DNA of 64,000 nt, from assembly GCF_988243305.1 (NCBI RefSeq), contig NZ_OZ547136.1; one strand, written 5' to 3'. The notes under the pieces were generated by a model. It searched no databases. It worked only from the letters and a program-made list of their open reading frames with translations, and was not told where the DNA came from. Positions 22,575 to 39,879 of the stretch are shown piece by piece. Position numbers and translations under genes: made by a program. Each line of letters begins with the position of its first letter. The first letter of the stretch is position 1.

Positions 22575-22776
22575 CCCCTCAGGAGTTTCAAATAGCTGTT
22601 CTTTTTACGGAAATACTTATGAACTGGCTGGAATAAAGTGCAAGAAAATGTGACTACCCTCTCATTTTTATCTGACATGATCTGTTGCCACTCGCTGCCA
22701 AATTGTGGCGCTAAAGCTGATTAGCACGGTGATATTTGATACTCTGGCAGACAGCAGAAATAACGGATTTAACCTA

Positions 22777-24204
22777 ATGATGAATGACGGTAAGCAACAA
22801 TCTACCTTTTTGTTTCACGATTACGAAACCTTTGGCACGCACCCCGCGTTAGATCGCCCTGCACAGTTCGCAGCCATTCGCACCGATAGCGAATTCAATG
22901 TCATCGGCGAACCCGAAGTCTTTTACTGCAAGCCCGCTGATGACTATTTACCCCAGCCAGGAGCCGTATTAATTACCGGTATTACCCCGCAGGAAGCACG
23001 GGCGAAAGGAGAAAACGAAGCCGCGTTTGCCGCCCGTATTCACTCGCTTTTTACCGTACCGAAGACCTGTATTCTGGGCTACAACAATGTGCGTTTCGAC
23101 GACGAAGTCACACGCAACATTTTTTATCGTAATTTCTACGATCCTTACGCCTGGAGCTGGCAGCATGATAACTCGCGCTGGGATTTACTGGATGTTATGC
23201 GTGCCTGTTATGCCCTGCGCCCGGAAGGAATAAACTGGCCTGAAAATGATGACGGTCTACCGAGCTTTCGCCTTGAGCATTTAACCAAAGCGAATGGTAT
23301 TGAACATAGCAACGCCCACGATGCGATGGCTGATGTGTACGCCACTATTGCGATGGCAAAGCTGGTAAAAACGCGTCAGCCACGCCTGTTTGATTATCTC
23401 TTTACCCATCGTAATAAACACAAACTGATGGCGTTGATTGATGTTCCGCAGATGAAACCCCTGGTGCACGTTTCCGGAATGTTTGGAGCATGGCGCGGCA
23501 ATACCAGCTGGGTGGCACCGCTGGCGTGGCATCCTGAAAATCGCAATGCCGTAATTATGGTGGATTTGGCAGGAGACATTTCGCCATTACTGGAACTGGA
23601 TAGCGACACATTGCGCGAGCGTTTATATACCGCAAAAACCGATCTTGGCGATAACGCCGCCGTTCCGGTTAAGCTGGTGCATATCAATAAATGTCCGGTG
23701 CTGGCCCAGGCGAATACGCTACGCCCGGAAGATGCCGACCGACTGGGAATTAATCGTCAGCATTGCCTCGATAACCTGAAAATTCTGCGTGAAAATCCGC
23801 AAGTGCGCGAAAAAGTGGTGGCGATATTCGCGGAAGCCGAACCGTTTACGCCTTCAGATAACGTGGATGCACAGCTTTATAACGGCTTTTTCAGTGACGC
23901 AGATCGTGCAGCAATGAAAATTGTGCTGGAAACCGAGCCGCGTAATTTACCGGCACTGGATATCACTTTTGTTGATAAACGGATTGAAAAGCTGTTGTTC
24001 AATTATCGGGCACGCAACTTCCCGGGGACGCTGGATTATGCCGAGCAGCAACGCTGGCTGGAGCACCGTCGCCAGGTCTTCACGCCAGAGTTTTTGCAGG
24101 GTTATGCTGATGAATTGCAGATGCTGGTACAACAATATGCCGATGACAAAGAGAAAGTGGCGCTGTTAAAAGCACTTTGGCAGTACGCGGAAGAGATTGT
24201 CTAA
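22777..24204 (+). CDS. sbcB: exodeoxyribonuclease I
   Basis: 475-aa product MMNDGKQQSTFLFHDYETFGTHPALDRPAQFAAIRTD... (DnaQ-like exonuclease fold). Confidence 0.95.
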   Translation: MMNDGKQQSTFLFHDYETFGTHPALDRPAQFAAIRTDSEFNVIGEPEVFYCKPADDYLPQPGAVLITGITPQEARAKGENEAAFAARIHSLFTVPKTCILGYNNVRFDDEVTRNIFYRNFYDPYAWSWQHDNSRWDLLDVMRACYALRPEGINWPENDDGLPSFRLEHLTKANGIEHSNAHDAMADVYATIAMAKLVKTRQPRLFDYLFTHRNKHKLMALIDVPQMKPLVHVSGMFGAWRGNTSWVAPLAWHPENRNAVIMVDLAGDISPLLELDSDTLRERLYTAKTDLGDNAAVPVKLVHINKCPVLAQANTLRPEDADRLGINRQHCLDNLKILRENPQVREKVVAIFAEAEPFTPSDNVDAQLYNGFFSDADRAAMKIVLETEPRNLPALDITFVDKRIEKLLFNYRARNFPGTLDYAEQQRWLEHRRQVFTPEFLQGYADELQMLVQQYADDKEKVALLKALWQYAEEIV

Positions 24205-24207
24205 TTT

Positions 24208-24240
24208 GAAGCCTCCGCCGCTGGTACGGCGGAGGACAAT
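24208..24240. terminator. bidirectional hairpin terminator between sbcB and yeeD
   Basis: cctccgccgctggtacggcggagg stem-loop in the convergent intergenic region. Confidence 0.5.
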
Positions 24241-24246
24241 GTTGAG

Positions 24247-24474
24247 TCAGGCTTTTTGAACGGTGATGCTCCACGCTGCATCGCCAATCTGCTGATAATC
24301 GGTGATGGCATGTCCTTCTTCTGCCGCCCACTGTGGGATTGCTTCAGTTGCCTGGGTGCAATCAAACTCAATCACTAACTCATCGCCGCTGACCATTTCT
24401 GCCAGAGCTGCTTTTGCTTCTATGAGTGGAAACGGACAGACCTGCGTCACCACATCCAGCTTTTTAATCACCAT
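24247..24474 (-). CDS. yeeD: TusA-like sulfurtransferase YeeD
   Basis: 75-aa product with the CPFP motif (DVVTQVCPFPLIEAK). Confidence 0.9.
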   Translation of the reverse strand: MVIKKLDVVTQVCPFPLIEAKAALAEMVSGDELVIEFDCTQATEAIPQWAAEEGHAITDYQQIGDAAWSITVQKA

Positions 24475-24487
24475 CTTTACACCTTAC

Positions 24488-25546
24488 TTAATTTGCCGCA
24501 GCAGTTGCCAGTCGCGCCTTACGCTGCGGTCGAACATACACAAGCCAGGACGCAGTCCAGACTCCGAGAATCATAAATACAAGGCCAATCCAGCCCTGCC
24601 AGGTCATCATTGCAGTCATAACCAGTCCATTACCGATAGAGCAACCACCTGCAATACTGGCACCGAAGCCCATCAGTACACCACCTAACCCGCTACGTAA
24701 TGTTGTTTGTGCATCAGCTGCGCGAACGCGGAACTCACGGCTCGCTTTGGCTGCAATAAATGACCCCACGAAGATCCCTAACACCAGGAAAACGCCCCAG
24801 TTAATGTATTTCATGTCACCCGCGACCAGAAATTGCAGAATATTGGCCGTTGGGGAAGTGATTCCTAACCCAAACATGCGTCCGGTTGCTTCACTCAGGG
24901 GCCAGGCTAAAAGCGCAATCAAACCGATGAGTACAGCTGTGACAAAGGGATGCCAGCGTTTTTCAAACAGAATATGAGCGATCCCGGTTCGGCGCGGCGG
25001 TAAGGTCGCGACTTTGAGTTTTGGCTTCTTCAACTCTTTCATCACCACCCAGAGCGTTATCACCAGCAAAACGGTAACCAACGGCCACACAGACAAATTA
25101 AAAGTCTCAGCAATAGAGTTATGTTCAGTACTGTAGTGCTGCAAGGTTTGATTTAAACCACTGGCATGTGGAGAACGCATCACCGCACTCATCACCATAT
25201 AAGTGAAAAGCGCGATCCAACTGCCGATCAATCCCTCCCCCGCGCGATACCAGGTCCCGGTGGCACATCCACCCGCCAGAACAATTCCCAGCCCGAAGAT
25301 ATACCCACCTATAACAGTACCAAGCCACGGGAACGCCCCGGCTTCGTAAGTCAGTAGGCCCGCCTGAATTAACGCAAAAACCCCCACGCTTTGTACCGAA
25401 ATTGCAATCAGCAGGGCATAAAACATGCGATTATTTTTCGCGATATACATATCGCGAAAACCACCAGTCAGGCAAAAACGCCCACGCTGCATGACAAATC
25501 CCAGCAGAGCACCACAAATTAGCCCGCTTAATATCATTGAAAACAT
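24488..25546 (-). CDS. yeeE: thiosulfate transporter YeeE (TsuA)
   Basis: 352-aa polytopic membrane protein MFSMILSGLICGALLGFVMQRGRFCLTGG... Confidence 0.9.
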   Translation of the reverse strand: MFSMILSGLICGALLGFVMQRGRFCLTGGFRDMYIAKNNRMFYALLIAISVQSVGVFALIQAGLLTYEAGAFPWLGTVIGGYIFGLGIVLAGGCATGTWYRAGEGLIGSWIALFTYMVMSAVMRSPHASGLNQTLQHYSTEHNSIAETFNLSVWPLVTVLLVITLWVVMKELKKPKLKVATLPPRRTGIAHILFEKRWHPFVTAVLIGLIALLAWPLSEATGRMFGLGITSPTANILQFLVAGDMKYINWGVFLVLGIFVGSFIAAKASREFRVRAADAQTTLRSGLGGVLMGFGASIAGGCSIGNGLVMTAMMTWQGWIGLVFMILGVWTASWLVYVRPQRKARLATAAAN

Positions 25547-25724
25547 AAATTAATTAACCAGATGAATGTTAATAGGGAAATTATTCATGACTGGTGGAAT
25601 GCAGACCAATAACCAAATTCTCTAAATTAGAACAAATGGTTATTAATGAGGATGTCGATAAAAAAGAATAAAAAAACCGGAGCCCAATATTCATTCGACT
25701 CCGGTTTATTATTACAAAAGATGA

Positions 25725-27083
25725 TTACGCTACGTCTTCGTACTGCGGAACCGGATTACGGAAACTCTTGGTGACGCAAGCCAGGTAAATCAGACCGATA
25801 GCCGCCCAGATCAGACCCAGAACCATTGAGCTTTCTTCCAGGTTAACCCACAGCGCACCAACGGTCAGCGCACCACACATCGGCAGGAACAGATACTGGA
25901 AGTGATCTTTCAGCGTCTTGTTACGCTTCTCACGGATCCAGAACTGCGAGATGACCGACAGGTTAACGAAGGTGAACGCCACCAACGCACCAAAGTTGAT
26001 CAGCGCTGTAGCCATTACCAGGTCGAAGTTGATTGCCAGCAAGGCAATCGCGCCAACCAGGATGATGTTCATCGCCGGAGTACGCCATTTCGGGTGTACA
26101 TAACCGAAGAAGCTTTTCGGGAATACGCCGTCACGCCCCATTACGTACATCAGACGCGCAACGCCTGCATGCGCCGCCATACCGGACGCCAGTACGGTAA
26201 TGGTGGAGAAGATCAGCGCACCAACCTGGAATGCTTTACCTGCAACATACAGCATGATTTCAGGCTGTGACGCATCCGGATCTTTAAAGCGAGAGATATC
26301 CGGGAAGTACAGCTGCAGGAAGTAAGTTGCAAAGATGAAGATCATGCCGCCAATCAGCGCGGTCAGGAAAATCGCACGCGGGATCACGCGCTCTGCATCT
26401 TTGGTTTCTTCCGACAGGTTGCTGATGCCGTCAAAGCCGGTAAAGGAGAAGCACAGGATTGTCGCCCCGGTAATCATCGGGATAACATGCGCATCGCCAG
26501 ACCAGAATGGACGAGTGCTCGCCAGCGTACCAGCGCCTTCACCTTCAAATACGCCATAAACAACCATGCCCAGAATCACCGCGATCAGCACTACCTGCAA
26601 CACGACGATTACAGTGTTGAAGTTCGCTACGGATTTCAGACTACGCAGGTTAAAGGCGGTCATAAAGGCCACCAGCGCCACCACAAACATCCACGATGGG
26701 ATGGAAGGCACCAGAGCTTCAAAATAAATTTTCGCCAGCAGAATGTTGATCATCGGCGCGAACAGATAGTCGAGCAGAGAAGACCAACCCACCATAAAGC
26801 CGACAGTCGGGCTAATGGATTTCTGGGCGTAAGTGTATGCAGAGCCAGCAGAAGGATAGCGGCGAACCAGCTTCCCGTAGCTCAGAGCCGTAAACAGGAT
26901 CGCAATCAATGCGAACGCATAGGCTGTCGGCACATGACCATCCGTGAGGCCTGAAACGATACCAAAAGTATCAAACAGCGTCATCGGCTGCATATAGGCA
27001 AGACCCATCATTACAACCGGAACTAACGTAAGCGTTTTACGCAATTCCACGCGAGAGGTGTTTGGAGTAACGTTATGCGACAT
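25725..27083 (-). CDS. plaP: putrescine importer PlaP (YeeF), APC family
   Basis: Start at [24 protein letters not shown]...; amino-acid permease fold. Confidence 0.9.
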   Translation of the reverse strand: MSHNVTPNTSRVELRKTLTLVPVVMMGLAYMQPMTLFDTFGIVSGLTDGHVPTAYAFALIAILFTALSYGKLVRRYPSAGSAYTYAQKSISPTVGFMVGWSSLLDYLFAPMINILLAKIYFEALVPSIPSWMFVVALVAFMTAFNLRSLKSVANFNTVIVVLQVVLIAVILGMVVYGVFEGEGAGTLASTRPFWSGDAHVIPMITGATILCFSFTGFDGISNLSEETKDAERVIPRAIFLTALIGGMIFIFATYFLQLYFPDISRFKDPDASQPEIMLYVAGKAFQVGALIFSTITVLASGMAAHAGVARLMYVMGRDGVFPKSFFGYVHPKWRTPAMNIILVGAIALLAINFDLVMATALINFGALVAFTFVNLSVISQFWIREKRNKTLKDHFQYLFLPMCGALTVGALWVNLEESSMVLGLIWAAIGLIYLACVTKSFRNPVPQYEDVA

Positions 27084-27235
27084 GGTCATTCTCCTTTACG
27101 GTGATAACCGTCGCGTAAGCAAAAAATTGCCCCATTTTTTTGGATTCCTCAGCGACAACAACTGTCGATTTTTAGTAAATATCTATCCGGTACGAAGCCC
27201 GGCCTCTTGGTATGAATGATTGGTTTGAAGCAAAA

Positions 27236-27268
27236 AATAACCGACGCTGATGAAACGTCGGTTTTTAG
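27236..27268 (-). terminator. rho-independent terminator downstream of yeeY
   Basis: On the minus strand, hairpin ccgacgtttcatcagcgtcgg followed by TTATTTTTT. Confidence 0.55.
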
Positions 27269-27349
27269 TCATTTTTTGACAGCGGCGCATTGTGCCTAAA
27301 TGGGGGGGAAATGACAAGAGAATGAGAGGCTTGTCATAATAATTTTTCT

Positions 27350-28279
27350 TTAAATGGCTGATTTTCCGTCATCAGATTTTGCATAAACACCGGCGATCGC
27401 ACTATTTGCTAAAATTTCATCTCGCCACCAGCCGCTGGCAAGGCCTGCGGTCTGTTCGTTCCAGCCAATCCAGACGGGTTCAAAGAGAGTTTGGGCGACC
27501 ACTTTCTTCTCGATTAACGCGCCACTATCGAGAAACCGTTGCGCCAGATAACGGGGTAAATAGCCGCAGCCGAGGCCGCTAATTTGCAGCTCCAGCTTGG
27601 TTTTAAAATCGAAAACGGTAATGGCTTCTTGTTCGTCGAGAAGTTGTGAGGCCGTAGAAGCGCCTGCCTGCGCAGTATCCCCCACCACAATCGCCCGATA
27701 TCGCTTAATAATACGACGGTTTAACGGCTCTTCTTCCAGGGCTAACGGATGATGAGGCGCGACCGCAAAGACTTGTTCCAGATCGCCCAACCGTGAAAAA
27801 CCAAACTCACTGGAAGATGGTGGCTCATGCATCGCGCCAACAATAATATCCGCTCGCCCCTGAGTCAGGGCATCCCAGGAACCACCGAGTACGCCATTGA
27901 TAAACTTCAGGCGCGTCACGCTATGATGTTGATAAAAAGCTTCAATCAGTGGCGCAAGCAGAGAAAAAGGAAACGTGTCGTCCACGCCAATCACCAGCTC
28001 GTTTTCCCAGCCTTCATGCAGTTTGATCGCCTGCTTTTCCAGTTCTCGCACGGTATGCAGAACTTCCCGCCCTTTCTCTAATAACATTTTTCCGGTACGG
28101 GTGAATTTAGCGCGGTGACCGCTACGATCAAGCAATTGAATATTAAGGTCGCTTTCCAGCTTGTGAACGGTGTAACTCAGAGCGGACGGCGTCTTATAGA
28201 GTTTGGCCGACGCCGCCGCAAAACTGCCTTCTTTTTCTAAGGCATCGAGGATCATCAACACATCCAGCAGTGGTTTCAT
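27350..28279 (-). CDS. yeeY: LysR-family transcriptional regulator YeeY
   Basis: N-terminal HTH (MKPLLDVLMILDALEKEGSFAAASAKLYKTPSALSYTVHKLE) and LysR substrate-binding domain. Confidence 0.88.
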   Translation of the reverse strand: MKPLLDVLMILDALEKEGSFAAASAKLYKTPSALSYTVHKLESDLNIQLLDRSGHRAKFTRTGKMLLEKGREVLHTVRELEKQAIKLHEGWENELVIGVDDTFPFSLLAPLIEAFYQHHSVTRLKFINGVLGGSWDALTQGRADIIVGAMHEPPSSSEFGFSRLGDLEQVFAVAPHHPLALEEEPLNRRIIKRYRAIVVGDTAQAGASTASQLLDEQEAITVFDFKTKLELQISGLGCGYLPRYLAQRFLDSGALIEKKVVAQTLFEPVWIGWNEQTAGLASGWWRDEILANSAIAGVYAKSDDGKSAI

Positions 28280-28324
28280 ACACGCCCCCTTGCAGTGCAT
28301 GCGGCGTCCTGCTGGCGTGATCGT

Positions 28325-29149
28325 TTACTCCAGCGGCATTACCAGCGGATCGGGATACTGGTATTCAAATCCCAGTTCATTACAAATCCGACTGCCATCA
28401 ATAATCTTACCTTTGCCGCTGTCCAGACTATTTCTGAACTGCGGAGGCTCCAGCCCCAGTAAACGGGCCATCTGCGGATAGAAAACATTACGCGCAGGGT
28501 GAGCTGGCGCACATATATTATAGATGTGTCCGCCTTTAGGTGCCTGTAACAACAGAGTGATAGCGCCAATAACATCTTCTAAATGGACTAAATTAACACC
28601 ATGTTCACCATCAGGCGCGGTTTTTCCGGCAAAGAAGCGTCCGGGATGACGTCCCGGTCCGACCAGCCCCGCAAGACGCAGAATATCGACCGAAGTACCG
28701 GGTAAATTGTGCAGCCAGTCTTCGAGTTCTTCTAATACTCGTCCACTGTTGGTCACCGGATTACGCGGGGTGGTTTCTTTCACCGTGCCTTGCGCGTCGC
28801 CATAGACAGATGTTGAGCTGGTGAAAATAATGCGGGGAATACGATGGGCCAGCGCGCTATCCACTAACTCTTGTACCGCTTGTAAATAGAACTCATCGCC
28901 GGGGCCGCTACGACGTGCCGGAAGCGTAATGACCAGCGCGTCGGCATCCATCAGGGCATCCAGATCGTCAGAATCGCAAACTAGCTCAGGCTCCATGCGA
29001 AGCAGATAGCTATCAATGCCACTCATTCGGGCCGCTTCGACACCATCTTGTGTGGTTTTACTCCCGGTGACTTGCCAGCCTCGCGCTGAAAGTGACATCG
29101 CCAGCGGCATGCCTAACCACCCTAACCCGACAATTGCGACCTTTTTCAT
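28325..29149 (-). CDS. yeeZ: NAD-dependent epimerase/dehydratase-family protein YeeZ
   Basis: Rossmann motif VAIVGLGWLGMPLA at the N-terminus; 274 aa. Confidence 0.88.
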   Translation of the reverse strand: MKKVAIVGLGWLGMPLAMSLSARGWQVTGSKTTQDGVEAARMSGIDSYLLRMEPELVCDSDDLDALMDADALVITLPARRSGPGDEFYLQAVQELVDSALAHRIPRIIFTSSTSVYGDAQGTVKETTPRNPVTNSGRVLEELEDWLHNLPGTSVDILRLAGLVGPGRHPGRFFAGKTAPDGEHGVNLVHLEDVIGAITLLLQAPKGGHIYNICAPAHPARNVFYPQMARLLGLEPPQFRNSLDSGKGKIIDGSRICNELGFEYQYPDPLVMPLE

Positions 29150-29231
29150 CCGTTATCTCCTGATACACCTTAGATCTATAAGGCTACGCTAGCGTATCAA
29201 AACTGACAATTCATTCTATGAATGAATCTGT

Positions 29232-29486
29232 TCAATAATGATAACGACATGCTGCAATGAGCAGTGAATCGTCGGTAACCGCGTATACCAGACGGTGCTC
29301 CTCTGTAATGCGTCGGGACCAGAAACCTGACAAATTATGTTTCAGGGGTTCTGGCTTCCCCTTACCTTCAAATGGCGTTCTGCGGGTATCTTTGATAAGT
29401 TCATTGATCTTTTTAACAATTCGCTTATCTGTTTCCTGCCAGTACAGATAATCGTCCCATGATTCCTCAGACCAGATTAGTTTCAC
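29232..29486 (-). CDS. yoeB: YoeB toxin (ribosome-dependent mRNA interferase)
   Basis: 84-aa product [50 protein letters not shown]... Confidence 0.93.
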
Positions 29487-29734
29487 TCAATGATGTCCTT
29501 TTCCGTTCCTTTGCCAGATTTCAGGCTATCGATTGAGTCCATCAATCTCCGGGCGTTAGCGGGGGAGCGCAGTAGATAAGCCGTCTCTTCCAGCGAGTTG
29601 TATTCTTCGAGTGACATCAGAACACAAGCCTCTCCATTCTGACGAGTAATAAGGATCGGGGCATGATCTTCAACGGCTTTCATCATTGTTGCCGACAAAT
29701 TCTGACGCGCTTCGCTGTAGCTAATTGTACGCAT
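29483..29734 (-). CDS. yefM: YefM antitoxin
   Basis: 83-aa product [41 protein letters not shown]...; its stop overlaps the yoeB start. Confidence 0.93.
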
Positions 29735-30014
29735 GTCAATCTCCTCTTTTGTACAGCTCATTGTACAATGATGGGCGTTAATTAACTATTTATTAATTAG
29801 TTTGTAGATCAAGGTATTGTCAGTGAGACGAAAATCCAGGCTTCGCTATTTTTGGTGCCGTCAGCTTAGAGGACAGTCCTCTTAGCGCCCTCCTTTCCCC
29901 GCTCATTCATTAAACAAATCCATTGCCATAAAATATATAAAAAAGCCCTTGCTTTCTAACGTGAAAGTGGTTTAGGTTAAAGACATCAGTTGAATAAACA
30001 TTCACAGAGACTTT

Positions 30015-30065
30015 TATGACACGCGTTCAATTTAAACACCACCATCATCACCATCATCCTGACTA
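30015..30065 (+). CDS. hisL: his operon leader peptide
   Basis: atgacacgcgttcaatttaaacaccaccatcatcaccatcatcctgactag encodes MTRVQFKHHHHHHHPD with seven consecutive His codons. Confidence 0.9.
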
Positions 30066-30170
30066 GTCTTTCAGGCGATGTGTGCTGGAAGACATTCAGA
30101 TCTTCCAGTGGTGCATGAACGCATGAGAAAGCCCCCGGAAGATCACCTTCCGGGGGCTTTTTTATTGCGC
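30066..30170 (+). promoter_or_regulatory. his attenuator, including the intrinsic terminator hairpin
   Basis: gcccccggaagatcaccttccgggggc followed by TTTTTTATT immediately downstream of hisL. Confidence 0.9.
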
Positions 30171-30211
30171 GGTTGATAACGATTCAGACAGGTTTAAAGA
30201 GGAATAACAAA

Positions 30212-31111
30212 ATGACAGACAACACTCGTTTACGCATAGCTATGCAGAAATCCGGCCGTTTAAGTGATGACTCACGCGAATTGCTGGCGCGCTGTGGCAT
30301 TAAAATTAATCTTCACACCCAGCGCCTGATCGCGATGGCAGAAAACATGCCGATTGATATTCTGCGCGTGCGTGACGACGACATTCCCGGTCTGGTAATG
30401 GATGGCGTGGTAGACCTTGGGATTATCGGCGAAAACGTGCTGGAAGAAGAGCTGCTTAACCGCCGCGCCCAGGGTGAAGATCCGCGCTACTTTACCTTGC
30501 GTCGTCTGGATTTCGGCGGCTGCCGCCTTTCGCTGGCAACGCCGGTTGATGAAGCCTGGGACGGCCCGCTCTCCTTAAATGGTAAACGTATCGCCACCTC
30601 TTATCCTCACCTGCTCAAGCGTTATCTCGACCAGAAAGGCATCTCTTTTAAATCCTGCTTACTGAACGGTTCTGTTGAAGTCGCCCCGCGTGCCGGACTG
30701 GCGGATGCGATTTGCGATCTGGTTTCCACCGGTGCCACGCTGGAAGCAAACGGCCTGCGCGAAGTCGAAGTTATCTATCGCTCGAAAGCCTGCCTGATAC
30801 AACGCGATGGCGAAATGGAAGAATCCAAACAGCAACTGATCGACAAACTGCTGACCCGTATTCAGGGTGTGATCCAGGCGCGCGAATCAAAATACATCAT
30901 GATGCACGCACCGACCGAACGTCTGGATGAAGTCATCGCCCTGCTGCCAGGTGCCGAACGCCCAACCATTCTGCCGCTGGCGGGTGACCAACAACGCGTA
31001 GCGATGCACATGGTCAGTAGCGAAACCCTGTTCTGGGAAACGATGGAAAAACTTAAAGCGCTGGGTGCCAGTTCAATCCTGGTCCTGCCGATTGAGAAGA
31101 TGATGGAGTGA
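30212..31111 (+). CDS. hisG: ATP phosphoribosyltransferase
   Basis: 299-aa product [34 protein letters not shown]... Confidence 0.96.
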
Positions 31112-31116
31112 TCGCC

Positions 31117-33487
<2,371 letters not shown>

Positions 33488-33488
<1 letters not shown>

Positions 33489-34554
33489 TGAGTCAGAAGT
33501 ATCTTTTTATCGATCGCGATGGAACCCTGATTAGCGAACCGCCGAGTGATTTTCAGGTGGACCGTTTTGACAAACTCGCCTTTGAACCGGGCGTGATCCC
33601 GGAGCTACTGAAGCTGCAAAAAGCGGGCTACAAGCTGGTGATGATCACTAATCAGGATGGTCTTGGAACACAAAGTTTCCCGCAGGCGGATTTCGATGGC
33701 CCGCACAACCTGATGATGCAGATCTTCACCTCGCAAGGCGTACAGTTTGATGAAGTGCTGATTTGTCCGCACCTGCCCGCCGATGAGTGCGACTGCCGTA
33801 AGCCGAAAGTAAAACTGGTGGAGCGTTATCTTGCTGAGCAAGCGATGGATCGTGCCAACAGTTATGTGATTGGCGATCGCGCGACCGATATTCAACTCGC
33901 TCAAAACATGGGCGTTAATGGTTTACGCTACGACCGCGAAACCCTGAACTGGCCGATGATTGGCGAGCAACTCACTAAACGAGACCGTTACGCCCATGTA
34001 GTGCGCAACACCAAAGAGACGCAAATTGACGTTCAGGTGTGGCTGGATCGCGAAGGTGGCAGCAAGATTAACACCGGTGTTGGCTTCTTTGATCACATGC
34101 TGGATCAGATCGCCACCCACGGCGGTTTCCGCATGGAAATCAACGTCAAAGGCGACCTCTATATCGACGATCACCACACCGTCGAAGATACCGGCCTGGC
34201 GCTGGGCGAAGCGTTAAAAATTGCCCTTGGCGACAAACGCGGTATTTGCCGCTTTGGTTTTGTGCTACCGATGGACGAATGCCTTGCCCGCTGTGCACTG
34301 GATATCTCTGGTCGCCCGCACCTGGAATATAAAGCTGAATTTACCTACCAACGCGTGGGCGATCTCAGCACCGAAATGATCGAGCACTTCTTCCGTTCGC
34401 TCTCATACACCATGGGCGTGACCCTGCACCTGAAAACCAAAGGTAAAAACGATCACCACCGTGTAGAGAGCCTGTTCAAAGCCTTTGGTCGCACCCTGCG
34501 CCAGGCCATCCGCGTGGAAGGCGATACCCTGCCCTCGTCGAAAGGAGTGCTGTA

Positions 34555-34555
<1 letters not shown>
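33488..34555 (+). CDS. hisB: bifunctional histidinol-phosphatase / imidazoleglycerol-phosphate dehydratase
   Basis: 355-aa product [19 protein letters not shown]... Confidence 0.96.
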
Positions 34556-36633
<2,078 letters not shown>

Positions 36634-36640
<7 letters not shown>

Positions 36641-37245
36641 CAGAACAACAACGTCGCGAACTGGACTGGGAAAAAACCGACGGACTGATGCCGGTGATTG
36701 TGCAACACGCGGTATCCGGCGAAGTGTTAATGCTGGGCTATATGAACCCGGAAGCCTTAGACAAAACCATCGAAAGCGGCAAAGTCACCTTCTTCTCGCG
36801 CACTAAACAGCGACTGTGGACCAAAGGCGAAACGTCGGGCAATTTCCTCAACGTAGTAAATATTGCGCCGGACTGCGACAACGACACGCTACTGGTACTG
36901 GCGAATCCTATCGGACCAACCTGCCACAAAGGCACCAGCAGCTGCTTCGGCGACACCGCTCACCAATGGCTGTTCCTGTATCAACTGGAACAACTGCTCG
37001 CCGAACGCAAATCTGCCGACCCGGAAACCTCCTACACCGCCAAACTGTATGCCAGCGGCACCAAACGCATTGCGCAGAAAGTAGGTGAAGAAGGGGTGGA
37101 AACCGCACTGGCAGCGACGGTACATGACCGCTTTGAGCTGACCAACGAGGCATCTGACTTGATGTATCACCTGCTGGTGTTGTTGCAGGATCAGGATCTG
37201 GATTTAACAACGGTGATTGAGAACCTGCGTAAACGTCATCAGTGA
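36634..37245 (+). CDS. hisI: bifunctional phosphoribosyl-AMP cyclohydrolase / phosphoribosyl-ATP pyrophosphatase
   Basis: 203-aa product [38 protein letters not shown]... Confidence 0.96.
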
Positions 37246-37255
37246 GTTGCGGGGT

Positions 37256-37335
37256 AAGCGGATGCGATGTTGTCGTCGCATCCGGCAAAAAAAACGGGCA
37301 AGGTGTCACCACCCTGCCCATTTTCTTTAAAACCG
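37256..37335. terminator. convergent terminator region between hisI and wzzB
   Basis: ggatgcgatgttgtcgtcgcatccgg hairpin flanked by A/T tracts between the convergent 3' ends. Confidence 0.55.
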
Positions 37336-37341
37336 AAAAGA

Positions 37342-38319
37342 TTACTTCGCGTTGTAATTACGCAGAGCATTACGCCCCAACACAATCCCCGCGCCAACCA
37401 TGCCGCCCAGCAGCACCGCCAGAATCAAGGTAATTGCCTTTTTCGGGCTATCGCGACGAATAGGTAACGTCGGTTTCATCACATAACGGTAAGCATGAAT
37501 ATCAAGATCATCAACCTTTAAGTTTTCAATATCCAACAGGTTTTGACGTGTCTGATAGTAGTTTGGTGAGAACACCAACGGACGGGTCGCCTCATGCTTA
37601 ATCATCGACTCCAGCGCTTCGCTACCCAAAAGGAACAACGTATCTTGCGTCACATCTTCAGTCTGCTGAACCTGTGGCTTTGTCACCTGCGCCTGATTCG
37701 CATACTGCAACGCTTCCTGAATCTGACGGATACGCAGATCTTTCTGCTCCTGCGCAACTACTTCCTGCGTTCTTAAAGAGTCCTGCAAGTTTTTCCGTCC
37801 CAGAGCAATGTTGTCCTTGAGATCCTTTTCTAACTCTTGATTCACTTTATCGTCAACTTGCTGAATGTATTGGGCCAACTTCATTTGTGCGCCCTCTGCA
37901 GTTTGCCCAACATAAGAAACAGTTAATGGTAATTGCTGGTTCTTAACAGAAGGTTCGATGGTAAGTTTTTCTGGTTCTTCCTGATTATCCAGCGTTTCTG
38001 CTAATGCAGAGAAGGCAGAACTGAAGCGACCAATTAACGTCTCCTGCAAATCCGATACTTTCGGTGCAGCCTGACCATAGATAACATTCATGGCATTGTT
38101 ATAGCCAGCAATTTGCCCCACGTCGGGCTGAGTGATAATTGCTGTTGACGTCCATTTCTCCTTCGCTACTACCAAATATCCAATAGCCAGGGCAATAGCC
38201 ACAATGACGGAAATGATGATTGTCATCTTGCCACGCCACAACTGCACTAGTAAATCAATCAAATCAATCTGTTCCGGGTCATGGTTTTGCCCAGAAACAT
38301 TATTATTTTCTACTCTCAT
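37342..38319 (-). CDS. wzzB: O-antigen chain-length determinant (polysaccharide co-polymerase)
   Basis: Start at MRVENNNVSGQNHDPEQIDLIDLLVQLWRGK...; TM helices at both ends with a periplasmic coiled-coil domain. Confidence 0.93.
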   Translation of the reverse strand: MRVENNNVSGQNHDPEQIDLIDLLVQLWRGKMTIIISVIVAIALAIGYLVVAKEKWTSTAIITQPDVGQIAGYNNAMNVIYGQAAPKVSDLQETLIGRFSSAFSALAETLDNQEEPEKLTIEPSVKNQQLPLTVSYVGQTAEGAQMKLAQYIQQVDDKVNQELEKDLKDNIALGRKNLQDSLRTQEVVAQEQKDLRIRQIQEALQYANQAQVTKPQVQQTEDVTQDTLFLLGSEALESMIKHEATRPLVFSPNYYQTRQNLLDIENLKVDDLDIHAYRYVMKPTLPIRRDSPKKAITLILAVLLGGMVGAGIVLGRNALRNYNAK

Positions 38320-38464
38320 CATTACCCTAACTGACGGAAATTTCCAAGTCCGCATAGTTTAGCGATAATCCCCGTGAATGCTATAGGATAAGCGATAAAA
38401 ATAATGAATTATTGCGGAGGTAACAAAAGACAATCAGGGCGTAAATAGCCCTGATAACAAGATG

Positions 38465-39640
<1,176 letters not shown>

Positions 39641-39821
39641 TCAGAATTAACTTAACTGTGAATCATGATGTTTTTAGCATCCTGATAAGAGCTAAAAGTT
39701 TTAACGCTACGTTGTTCGATGGTCAACGCAACGAAAAACAATTCAGATTTTCTTTATAAGAATAGCTGATATTTATTAAGTTAATATTAAGCAGTGAAAT
39801 TTAGTCTATAAGATAATTGGC

Positions 39822-39862
39822 AAAAAAAAGCCCGGTGCAATATACGCCGGGCCTCAATTTTA
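39822..39862 (-). terminator. rho-independent terminator of gnd
   Basis: On the minus strand, gcccggcgtatattgcaccgggc hairpin followed by TTTTTTTT. Confidence 0.6.
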
Positions 39863-39879
39863 TTGTTGGTTAAATCAGA

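Noticed and set aside
30036-30058. Run of seven consecutive histidine codons resembling an engineered His-tag
   Set aside because: This is the native hisL leader peptide, followed by the his attenuator and hisG
36738-37321. Several overlapping ORFs in both strands around hisI
   Set aside because: All overlap the well-supported hisI CDS in other frames and have Arg/Pro/Ala-rich low-complexity products
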